A model generated the notes under the pieces. The model saw only the letters and a list, made by a program, of their open reading frames with translations, was not told where the DNA came from and made no database searches. A DNA stretch of 64,000 nucleotides from Azolla caroliniana (Eukaryota; Plantae; Polypodiophyta). Shown here piece after piece: positions 53,601 to 64,000 of this stretch. The translations under genes were made by a program, and so were the position numbers. How positions within the stretch are numbered: the first letter of the stretch is position 1; every line of letters begins with the position of its first letter. The stretch covers positions 8,866,001 to 8,930,000 of the forward strand of contig JBHGNT010000009.1 of the NCBI GenBank assembly GCA_043228905.1, read 5' to 3'.

Positions 53601-54420
53601 TTCATGGAAGAGAAGATGATAGCCGATTGGGAGATCGAAAATAGATCTTCAAGTACCGATTCGAGCCGAGTTGGGAAAACAAGTCCCTCTGGATGGGAAG
53701 ATTATGAGCCAAAGGAGTAGAGTCGATAACTGAACTCGGTTGAGGCCGAAAATCTATTTCTGAAAAATCAACTAACTGAAAATCAAATGATAATCGATTC
53801 GGCAACTAGCCGAATCGGTCGAAGCCGAATAAGAGGATATATTTGTTAATAGCCATAAATGTTGTATTTATATATATACATCTAGGGCAATCATTATGTG
53901 TGTGTAGATAATCATTATAGTTGTAACAAGTTACAACGAGCAATTGTCTCTATAACTAGTAAGAGTAAGAGAGATAGACAAGGAGAGTCAGCGTAGTAAC
54001 TCTGTCGTTGTTTGTTAGACGAAAACGAGCTTGAGGTGGTTGGCTTCGAGTCTCCTTGTACTCCTCGCTGCACACTTAGTGATTTGTTTCTTGGGGTTTG
54101 TGGACCCCCGTGGTTTTTTCCCTTTCGGGGTTTCCACGTAAAACATTATATGTCTCTGTTCTCTGCTTTCTATTTTGTCTGTGTACTATCGACTTGTTCT
54201 TTGCACCCGAATACGTATACGAAGCTGGTTGTGGACGGTCACGATCCTAAAAAATCATGTTTGAACGAGGAGAAATCTACAAGGACACATTCTCTATTTG
54301 AACTTGGATGGAGGAAGAGAACAAAATCGTGGAAGAAGAGGCCAATTTGTTCAAGGCCGTCACAATCGAGAACAACCCCGCAAACAAAACTTCTACTATT
54401 GACAAGACGTAGCAAACACG
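50700..54420 (+). mobile_element. Copia element C gag remnant (different family), split by element D
   Basis: CDSLWSINVNIEDDELVQICLDNL...RENPPSFFNLESMLLVDENH (50700-50864) resumes at 54258 as V*TRRNLQGHILYLNLDGGREQNRGRRG. Confidence 0.7.
50865..54252 (+). mobile_element. Ty1/copia element D (Tto1/Tork-like, older), lacking RT/RNase H
   Basis: TSD AATCA (50860-50864; 54253-54257); 5' LTR 50865-51433; degenerate Met PBS 51437-51448; gag ATG 51450; decayed protease and integrase; 3' LTR ~53670-54252. Confidence 0.9.
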
Positions 54421-54714
54421 TTGTTGGGAAAACTAGTCCCTCCGGATGGGAAGGGCACGAGTTGGATCAGATGGAGTCGATAGGGAACTCGGTCGAGGCC
54501 AACAAATCGACTGACCAAAAATCGAATTATAATCGAATTGGTTAATAGCCGAGTCGGTCGAAGCCGAATTAGGGCTATATTTGTAAATAGCCTAGACATG
54601 TCCATTATGACTATGTTTGTAAATAGCCCATATTGTATATGGAGTATAAATATAGTTAGGGCAAGTAGTTAGGGGTGTGGTTCATCATTATTGTAAGTTA
54701 CTGTGTGTTATAGC

Positions 54715-56076
54715 TCTTCATCCTCTTCGTCCCCTTCGTCCCCTTCGTGTCCATACGACCACCACCACCCGGAAAACACCCTAGCCTTGTTGCCTCATAT
54801 AATTCTCCTCGATCGAACCCGACATCGTAGGCTTTAAAAGTTTTGGGACTACGTCCCCGTTTAACTAGTCAACTTCTTCGACCATGCTCTCAACGGCCTC
54901 CGAGCCGTTTCGCGTCGTCCCTTATCCGCGTATGTCCATCATCTCCTTCGACTTTGCCTTCACCACAAAGTCTTCTTCGTCCACCTCCATCCTCCCTTTC
55001 ACGTTGGGTTCACCAAAGATGTCGCGGATATCCGCGTGTATGTGTCAGCTTGGACGGGACCACAGGGGTCTCAGAATAGGGAGTGAAAAGGGGAGAAGGT
55101 CTCGTGCTTTACGGGCTTCGGCCTGTTGGCTTCCAGCCGCTTTGATTTTCGACCAAGATCAGTTTCCGATCGACGATGAATCCGGTTTCAACAAGACGAT
55201 TAGCCACGATTGAGGACTCAACTCAAATAGATTAAAATAGAAGAGGGATATACACAAGCACATATATATTACAAATCCTTTACAATAAGATGGCTTACAT
55301 GCCATGAATCTGGTGGCTTTTACAATACAATCAACTATATACAAGTTAACGAATGAGAACCGGCAAAGGCGAGTCAAGTGGGCGACCGGGACCACGACGT
55401 ACACCGTTTGTCATGCCCCAAAGACAGTGGAGTGTTCCTGTGCCACGTCGCCCTCCCTTCTCGAACTGGCTGCCCCGTGAAACACTCACCATCGAGGAGA
55501 GGAAGCCAAACAACCATGTGCCGCCACCAGAATGCCGAAGAGCCGAAATTGTAGAAACCCCTAACCAAAACCCTAACTCAACCAAGAAGAAGGTGAGACG
55601 CAAAACCCCAAACTCATGAAACCTAGATCACACAAAGAAAACCGAAACCCTAAATCTCCCACGAACTCTCACAAGATGAAGAACCAAAAGGGAACACTAA
55701 ACCTCCACTCAAGAAGAAGGAACCAAACCCCACAAGACGACGACAACGAAGACCTAAATGAAATACTAAAACGAAATAGGGTGAAGAAGACCAAAGTAGA
55801 AAACCTAAGGAAAATAATAATAAGAAGAGAAACTAGCAAATCCTAGATCTAGCAGTACACCCTCCTAACTAAAAATGAGCGACTCCTTAATAAGAACCCT
55901 CTCACCGCCTTTTATAGTTCAAGGAGAGGGGGACGTTACAATGTCGGAGGCCCAATATTCGTCTCCCCATTCTTATTTCTATACACATTTTCTCATGTGC
56001 ATGTGCAAGTTGTTGCACATCCCCGTTTTATTCGCCGTACCCGATTTTCTCACAGTTGCCGGAAATCTTCATGACA
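54715..56076 (-). mobile_element. Gypsy 5' LTR (55020-56076) with tRNA-Trp-type PBS and truncated gag start
   Basis: Minus strand TGTCATGAAGATTTCC...GGATATCCGCGACA then TCTT-TGGTGAACCCAACGTGA (55015-54999); outer flank TCGT. Confidence 0.85.
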
Positions 56077-57344
56077 TCGTTGTATTCCTCTTACCTTAAT
56101 CATTCTGTTCGGAGTTTGTGGACTCCCGTTGTCGTGATGTTTTTGACACATAGTGTGAAACCACCCTCAAAGGAGAATAAAATAGTGGTCCAAATAAACT
56201 AATTTTCTTAAATCAACTATAGTAATAAATGAAAGGACAAAAAGTTAGAAGAGGTTTTCAAAAGTAGACAAAAATAGAGAAAAAGATGGGAAAAGAAAAG
56301 CTAGTCGTGGATATGAGGAGCAAGGTCGAGTAAAAAGCTCATAATTTCCTCATCAAATGTCCAAATTAGAAAAGAAAAGATGCATAAGAAAGCTAACCTA
56401 AAGAGCTTTCCAAGAATATCTTGCATGTGAAATTTGAGGCTAGAAAACAGAAATAGTGAGGAAAAGAAAAGTTGACTCATATGCTCTACTTATACTGAAG
56501 TCAATCTTTATAGAGTCCATTCGGGTGATCCCTAGGTTGTGCGTCTGGTAGTCGACTCGCCGTTTCGTACTGCGTACACAGAACCTGCTTATTACAGTTA
56601 TTCTCGGAGGGTTGGTCGCACATGAATAATAGTGTTCGGACTCAAGTGCCTCCCGGAACATTCTACAAATTGGGGGAGTTACCTTGCTCCTCTTGCGTAC
56701 GACTAGCCCTGCGACGAGCGGATAGTCCCCATGCTATGGTTTTTGGCAGCAGTATGATCCCTGCCAGTTAGGGAGTCCATCCGAGCGATGGCTTTCAACC
56801 CCCGCATCCCAGAACGTGCCTTCCTAGGCACATAACACTAGGTAAACCAAGCCAACCCACGTTACATACTAGTAGTAGATAATCATATTATTTGAAAGTA
56901 CTAAACAAAACTCCATGAATGGGCAAAATAATAGTTGCGTTAACAGGAAAGATCCAAGCTTTTTTTTAGGGGAAAAGGCAAGCAATCCTAAACCTATAAA
57001 TAAGAGCCTATTTTAGGGAAGAAGGGGGGGAGGGAGAAGGAACACAAAAGCTCTACTCAATTGGAAAGCAGAAGAAGAAGGATCAACAACATTGAGAGGC
57101 ATCATCAACAAAGAAACTCCTTCTATACTCCACTCTCTTCTTTCCTCCACCTCTCTTCCCCCATTCCTTTATAAACAATCCTTCATATTCGCATCCAACC
57201 CATTGTAACATTATTATTATATTATAGAAGAATCTATTATATTGATATAAACTAATGTTTTCTTTCATCTACTTGTCTTATGTATAAATCTTGATTGTGC
57301 TTATTCGTTATCATCATTTGTGCTTATTTGTTTGTGTGTCTTCC

Positions 57345-58830
57345 GACAAGGGAGTGTTTCAGGCTTGCCCATGCACCTCTCCTTTCACAAAGGCGTTCAA
57401 ACTTATGTGTCTTGCGTGTTAGTGTAAACCTTGATTGTGTGTTCGTGCGACTTGTGGCAAGGGAGCGTTCGGGCTTGCCCATGCAACTCTCTTTTCACAA
57501 AGGCATTCAAAATTGTGTCTCCCGTGTGTTAACCTTGCTTGTGTGTTCGTGCGACTTGTGGCAAGGGAGCGTTTGGGCTTGCCCATGCACCTCTCCTTTC
57601 ACAAAGGCGTTCGAAATTGTGTCTCCCGTGTGTAAACCTTGCTTGTGTGTTCGTGCGACTTGTGGCAAGGGAGCGTTTGGGCTTGCCCATGCACCTCTCC
57701 TTTCACAAAGGCGTTCGAAATTGTGTCTTCAATGTGTAAACCTTGCTTGTGTGTTCGCGTGTCTTGTAACAAGGGAGCGTTTGGGCTTGCCCATGCACCT
57801 CTCTTTTCACAAAGACATTCGAAACTTTGTCTCTTGCATGTATAAGTAAGCCTTTTCCTTGTGTGTTCGCGTTGTCGTGCCTTTCGGCTTTGGATTGTTG
57901 CGTGAGTCGGGTGGGAACCACTAAGGTTTTGGACTAGGAGAAAGAAGAATATGAGATAAGGCTAGTAATGAATAGGTAGAAAGATAGGCTTGTTATGAAT
58001 CTCGTGAATCCCCACGAGTTTAGTATATTTAATCAATATTTAGATAGTAAGAGACAATTTAGATCACAAATTCGTGAATCCCACGAATATATTATATTGG
58101 TCAATCCTTACAAAATAATCAACAACCATATACATCTTTCTCTCCTTATATAAGGATGGGAGAGACTAAGCATAACTTCCTCCTTTTTCGAAAGTATTCA
58201 TGCACACTAAATGTGCATGAGTTGCTTTTTCCACTATACTTTTATTTCCTAAATCTAGTGCTCATGCACGCTAGATGTGCACGAGTATTTTTTTATTGGT
58301 TTATATTTTTCTTGTAAATAAAGTATTCACACACTCAAAAAATGTATGATTTATTTTTTAATAAAGGTAAGCATAAATAAAAGTCTTATACCCATTAAAT
58401 CTATATTTATAATACTTATGATAAGTCAATACAATGGTAAAGTTTTGGTTTATTTACATGGAGGTACAGGGTTCGAATACTGCCCTATGCATGTAATAAA
58501 TATTTCAATATTTTCTTTTATTTATATATATGTACTTAAATCGGATATATTATTTTTACATTTTCATGTAGTGTGCGAACTACACTACGACAACGTGTCT
58601 TGTAACAAGGGAGCATTTGGGCTTGCCCATGCACCTCTCTTTTCACAAAGGCATTCAAAACTCTGTCTCTCGTGTGTGTAAGTAAGCTTTTTCCTTGTGT
58701 GTCTGTGTGTAAGTCTTCCTCACGTGCATTCGTTCTCCTTGTGACTAGGGGTTGATTTGGGCTTGCCCATGCACCTCTCCTTTTCACAAACACGTTCGAA
58801 TACTCAAGCCTTGTTTGTGTAAGCCTTGCT
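57345..58830. repeat. ~104-bp tandem repeat, 7 copies, interrupted by a nested LTR
   Basis: CAAGGGAG at 57347, 57458, 57562, 57666 and 57770, then two more copies after 58593. Confidence 0.9.
57873..58592 (+). mobile_element. Solo LTR nested in the 104-bp array, 720 bp
   Basis: TGTCGTG...CTACGACA; flanks GCGT/ACGT; removal restores the repeat unit GTGTTCGCGTGTCTTG. Confidence 0.82.
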
Positions 58831-60367
58831 TATGTTGTGGGTGTGAACCCTATTTCCTTCCTGTCCATAACCCTGGAGGTTCCGCCTCACGATCCGCACA
58901 TAGTGACGGATTTTCACGACACCGTGGTTTTTCCCTTTTGGGTTTTCCATGTTTAAATCTTGTGTCTGTGTACTTGAGTTGTCTGTTTTATGTTTTCTTG
59001 TCATCTCGATCTTTGCACCCACATACGTATATGTGTTAACCGGTTGTGGCTGAGTCGAATCTATAACAAACTGGTATAAGAGGGATGGAACTCATTTTGT
59101 GGCATGTTCAAACCTACCAACTCCAACTATTTTGTGTGGAAGTCGAAGATGAGAGATATGCTCGTGTGCAAGGATCTAAGACTGCTAGTACAGTTCGGCA
59201 AAAACAAAGTCAATAAGATTGAGGCATCAACTACTATTGTGACAAGTGAGGAGGAACTACTATTAATCAGTGACTAGAGGGAAGTAAATCTTGTCGGCGA
59301 TGAATCAACATGGGTGGTCGACTCCGGAGCGTCGTTTCATCTAACCCTTGACCGGAAGTACTTCTCATCGTGCAAAGCTGGAGACCATGGTTTTGTGAAA
59401 ATGGGGAATGAAGGAGCATGCCGAATCGTCGGCATCAGAGATGTGTGTTTGGAAACATCTACCGGGTGCATACTGGTATTGAAGGATGTCTGACATGTTC
59501 CAGAAGTAAGATTGAAACAAATATTAGCCGGTTGGCTGGATGATGAAGGCTACACGGGTACATCAAGAATGACATGATGAAGTTTTGCAAGGGAAGCCTG
59601 ATTGTGGCCCGATCCCGGAAAACCAACACATTATATCTAATGCATGCTCGAATATGTTGGGAGAAAGTGAATGTGGTAGCCAACACTGCCGGTGAGCTGT
59701 GGGACAAGAGGTTGTGTCACATGAGCGAGAAGGGGATGCAGAGACTTGCCGATGATAACCTCATTCTGGAGGTGAGAACGTGTGACTTGAGAAGTGCACT
59801 GATTGCTTGGCTGGCAAGCAGAACAGAAACTCCTTTCGAACTAAGCCCCCAACAAGAAAGAGAATGTCGCTGAAACTTGTGCATACCGACGTATGCTACA
59901 TAGATACTAAGTCACATGCCGTCTCACAATATTTTGTGACCTTCATTGAGGACTGTACTCAGAATTTGTGGGCTTCCGTATTGAAGACCAAGGATTAGGT
60001 GTTTTCGGTCTTCAAGGAGTTCCAAGCGAGGGTAGAGAGAGAAACCGGCCGAAAATTAAAAGCAATTCAGGCAGACAACAAAGGAGAGTACCGAGGGCAG
60101 TTTGAGGAGTACTACCAGTCGAAGGGAATCCGACTCGAATATACCGCACTGAAGACGCCAGAACTGAATGGGCTGGCCGAGAGCATGAACTAGACTATCA
60201 TGGAGAGGGTCCGAAGTATGTTAACACATGCCAAGTTGTCGAAGATGTTTCTGGGCTGAGGCGTTGATGATGGTAGTGTATGTGGTAAACATGTCACACT
60301 CAACACCCTTGGATGGAGACATTCCACAAAGGGTGTGGACTGGCAAAGAAGTCTCATACCGACACGT

Positions 60368-61195
60368 TGTCATGAAGATTTTCGGCAACAGTGTGAAAAT
60401 CGCGTGAAACGAGGGAAAATCAAGAAGGTGTAATGTGCACACGTATGAAAGGAGTGATGGTTACACATGTATGTTAGCACGTTAATGTGCACGTGTGATG
60501 TGTGTTTAGGTGTTCATTACACAAGATATAAAAATAAGCCTCGGGCCTAATGGCATACAATGAGGTGCAAGTAAGGTTTTAAACCTTACACCTCAAGGAT
60601 AAGAGGCAATTGACATACCATTAGGCTAAGTTGTTTTCTTTAAAGTTTATTTCTTCATTTTACTTTTCACATGTAACAGCTCATACATGAGAGCTTGAAT
60701 GAGAGACATGGTCATCATGCATCAGATGTGATGCATGAGCGCCAAATGGCAATCATGCATCACATGCATTTCATGCATTGTATGCATGTCTAACACCCTC
60801 CATGCATCATATGCATGATGGCATCTATATAAGAAGGAAAGGAAGGGAAAGGAAATCAAGGAATGTATACAATCAATAACAATAATAATAAATCTTAGTT
60901 ATCTCATTGGTAATGTGTCTTGTCTCTCAATTTTGAAGTCAAAGGTTCAAACTAGGAATTGGAATTCTCGTCCGTATCTATCTTTAATATTTTCTTGCTT
61001 GCGCTAGTCCTTCCGGTCCAGAACACTGACGGTTCCACTTCATTGTCTTGAACGATCCTTTAGATCCTCCATCACCACTTGCGGATAGAGGCCGGTGCTT
61101 GTTTGCGCACGTGTAACACACAATCTCAACGTTTTGCACATGCGTCACGTGCTTCACAACATCTTTGTGGTGCGGTAAATATTTTCTCAATATCA

Positions 61196-61264
<69 letters not shown>

Positions 61265-61423
61265 AGTCAACCCACACAAGCATCTTCGACAACAAGAATG
61301 ACTCGATTATAAACCTAAACGACAGTCGATTCCTTACAAGCACAAGTCACCCGATTCATCCTCCTTGGTCAAAGACCCCAGTGGTCCCGTTCGACCGACC
61401 TGCAGGCATGGATTTCCGTGACA
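60368..61423 (+). mobile_element. Solo LTR (CpG-target group) inserted in copia E integrase, 1056 bp
   Basis: TGTCATGAAGATTTTCGG...GACCCCAGTGGTCCCG...GGATTTCCGTGACA; TSD ACGT on both sides; removal restores SYRHVRVFG. Confidence 0.9.
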
Positions 61424-62383
61424 ACGTGAGGGTGTTCGGCTGTCTTGCCTACGTACATGTTGCTAAGAACCTGAGGGGAAAACTGGATCTGAAGACTTGG
61501 CCATGCATATTTCTTGGTTACGGCGATGACGAATTCGACTATCGGTTATGGAACTTAGCCGAGAAGAAAGTGATCTGGAGCAGAGATATTATCTTTATGG
61601 AAGAGAAGACAATAGTTGATTGAGCGATGGAAAATAGGCCTCCTGTTGCCGACTCGAGTCGAGTTGATGATCTCCGAATCGAATATTGGTCAATTCGACC
61701 GAAGTTGGATACGAACCAATCGGCCAAGTAGTTAGTTGGCAAAGTTGAGAGACGATTGAGGAACAAGGGGAACCGGTCAGAAGAAGACAGTTGGCCGAAC
61801 AAGGAGCCAAATTCGATTCGGACGAAGAATCGATTGAAGAAGCCGAAAAAGAGCTCAAAGGGCGAAGATACCCTCTGAGAGAGAAGCATGTGTATTGCTA
61901 ACCGATGAAGGGGAGTAGGAAAGCTTGAAGGAAGTTTGAATCCTTCATGGCCGATCAAGGTTATCACAAAATGCAAGCCAACCTTTGCGTGTTTGTGAAG
62001 AAATTCGACTGAGGAGATTTCCTTATACTCCTACTGTATGTGGACGACATGTTGATTGTCGGAAAGGACCATATCAAGATCTGAATGCTGAAGAAGGCTT
62101 TAAGTAGGTCATTCTCAATGAAGGATATGGGTTCGGCAAAATAGATCTTGGGAATGCACATTCGCTAGGACTAGACAAAGAGGTTATTGTGGTTGTCACA
62201 GGAGAAGGACGTTACAAAACTCCTCCAGAGATTCAACATGGAAAGCGCGAGACTGGTCTGCTCGACAGTCCCGACAACATCAAGATATCCGGGAGTCAAT
62301 GTCCGACGACAAAGGCGGGGAAAGATGAGATGAGTAAGGTCTCGTATGCCTCAACAGTCAGAAGCCTAATGTACATGATGGTA

Positions 62384-64000
62384 TGTGATGAGGAGAGATA
62401 GTAGAGAAGAGAAGAGGAAGAGAAAAGAATACTTTAATATATTATTAGGAAAACAATACAATCTCATGGACTCTAAAATGAACAACCCCACCAAAGAACT
62501 ACGTTAATCTTAATGACCCTAATCGATAATAGTAGTTTCTTTTTCTCTCTTTCTTCCCCTAAGATTCCTTTCACTTCATCTAGCCTTCTTATTCTTCCTC
62601 CCTTAATTGCTAAGAATTCCTTCCTATTTATATGTTTTTAGTTGCGTTATTCTTGCTTTTTTCTTTTATTTTCTTTTATTACATATCCTCGAGTTTATGT
62701 GAGACATTTTTTTATATTACTAGTTTAGCTTTGTCATCCCAAATTTGTTATACAAGAAATCTCTCTATGTCAGCTTTCTTACGAATCTTTTCTTTTGAAT
62801 TTTGGATATGAGATGAGTAAGTTATGTCAAGCTTTTTTCTTTGCCCTGCTTTTTCTGCCTTTTTTTCTACGTCTTTTTTTCTGCTTTTTCTACTTTTGAA
62901 AATCGCCTCTAACATAATATCCCTTCAATTTCCTTCGTCTTTTAACTCTTGAACCTTTCATATCGCGCTTTATTCTTATACACCTAAGCATCCAATGTAT
63001 TTGCCACGGTCTTTTCTTACGAGCAAAATTTGACTTCACATTTAGCCCCCCTCCTTGTGTGTTAAGCAAACCATTTATGGTGACCCTAAAAAAGAAAATG
63101 AAAAAATTCCTTCACCTTATGGTAGGCTATAGACAAAAACCCCGTTAAGCGGTGGGAAAAAAATTCACTCCTACATAAACAAAAATTTAAAACATGGCAA
63201 CGATATGAAAGGAGGATCATGAATTAGTTGGGGAATATGCTTGGGGACAAATCCACTTCTTGAATATCCTTATTCATTATAGAAATGTAGGTAGGTCCAC
63301 GATTCACGTACTTCTTTAGGTGCCACCCATTCACACGTAGTTTATGAAGAGTCCCATCCAAGTTCTTGAGTTGATAACTTCCATTGTCAAAGCAATCATG
63401 CACCACAAAAGGTCCTTCCCAATGGTTGATCATCTTTCGTCCATTTATATTGTCAAAATGGTTGTCATAGTGAAGGACAAGAGACCCCTTTGAAAAAGAA
63501 TCTTTTCTTGACCTTTTATCATAATACTTCTTCCTCCTCCAAGCCTGTTGTATATAATGCTTCATTGCTTCCTCCCTTGAATATTGTAGAATATGGTTTT
63601 GTGACAACCTATCCATCATGAAGCATTCTTCATCATGTAGAGATGCTCTTAAAAGTCGATTGCTTTTAATTTGAAGTTCAATTGAAATAAAGCTTCTTGT
63701 CCATACACTAAGAAGAAAGGTGTAAAACCTGTGGATGACTTATATGATATACGATAGGCCCATAGAGCATCATCAAGGAACTTATCCCATGCTCTTATTC
63801 TATTTGTTACAAGTTTTTGAAGATTTTTAACCAAAATACCATTTACCTTTTCGACTACTCCATTAGCTTGAGGATAATAAGGAGTAGAATACCTATGTTT
63901 GATCTTTAACCTTTCTAATAAGCAAGCCAATACTTCACCACGAAAACTTGGACCATGATCAGATACAATCTCTAGCGGTACACCAAATCTCGTACAAATA
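62384..64000 (-). mobile_element. Ty3/gypsy 3' end (non-chromovirus type): integrase, PPT, 3' LTR
   Basis: LTR TGTGA...TCACA at 62384-63040; PPT GGAGGGGGGCTAA at ~63044-63056; integrase RFGVPLEIVSDHG, STPYYPQANGVVE, ALWAYRISYK..TGFTPF, WEGPF; frameshift near 63650; no chromodomain. Confidence 0.9.

Larger units (their letters stand above)
56130..58921 (+). mobile_element. Large solo LTR (CpG-target group) inserted in the copia E LTR
   Basis: Perfect 8-bp terminal inverted repeat TGTCGTGA...TCACGACA; 4-bp TSD CCGT (56126-56129; 58922-58925); removal restores GTGGACTCCCGTGGTTTTTCCC, as in the sister copia LTR at ~54100. Confidence 0.88.
54422..62383 (+). mobile_element. Ty1/copia element E (same family, decayed), multiply interrupted
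   Basis: 5' LTR pieces 54422-~54715, 56077-56129 and 58926-59068; PBS TGGTATAAGAGG at 59072; gag start 59085; WVVDSGAS; integrase; partial RT (YVDD at ~62037) cut at 62383. Confidence 0.82.

Overview
Plant genomic DNA, probably a fern or other seed-free vascular plant (inferred from gene and TE style). The left third holds two minus-strand spliced genes. One is a 7-exon DHHC protein S-acyltransferase (PAT16-like, 2342-5805). The other is a 3-exon, 1332-aa trihelix(Myb/SANT)-REase-like-kinase gene of the Crinkler-related At5g51800 type (8878-17056). From 18 to 32 kb lie decayed LINE/gypsy remnants and microsatellites. From 32.7 kb onward is a nested TE stack: an APE-RT LINE, four copies of one Tto1/Tork-like copia family (one inside the LTR of another), a second copia gag remnant and several gypsy LTRs. 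Two things stand out. (1) A 2.07-kb non-autonomous LTR element (32742-34806, TSD TCATG) has an 11-nt PBS exactly complementary to its own predicted transcript 5' end (Tf1-type self-priming), perfect heat-shock elements in both LTRs and a 12 x 48-bp array. (2) Five TGTC...GACA LTR insertions all sit at CpG-centred NCGT sites, four with visible 4-bp TSDs; one copy has a tRNA-Trp-type PBS. All calls are by eye; no database searches were run.
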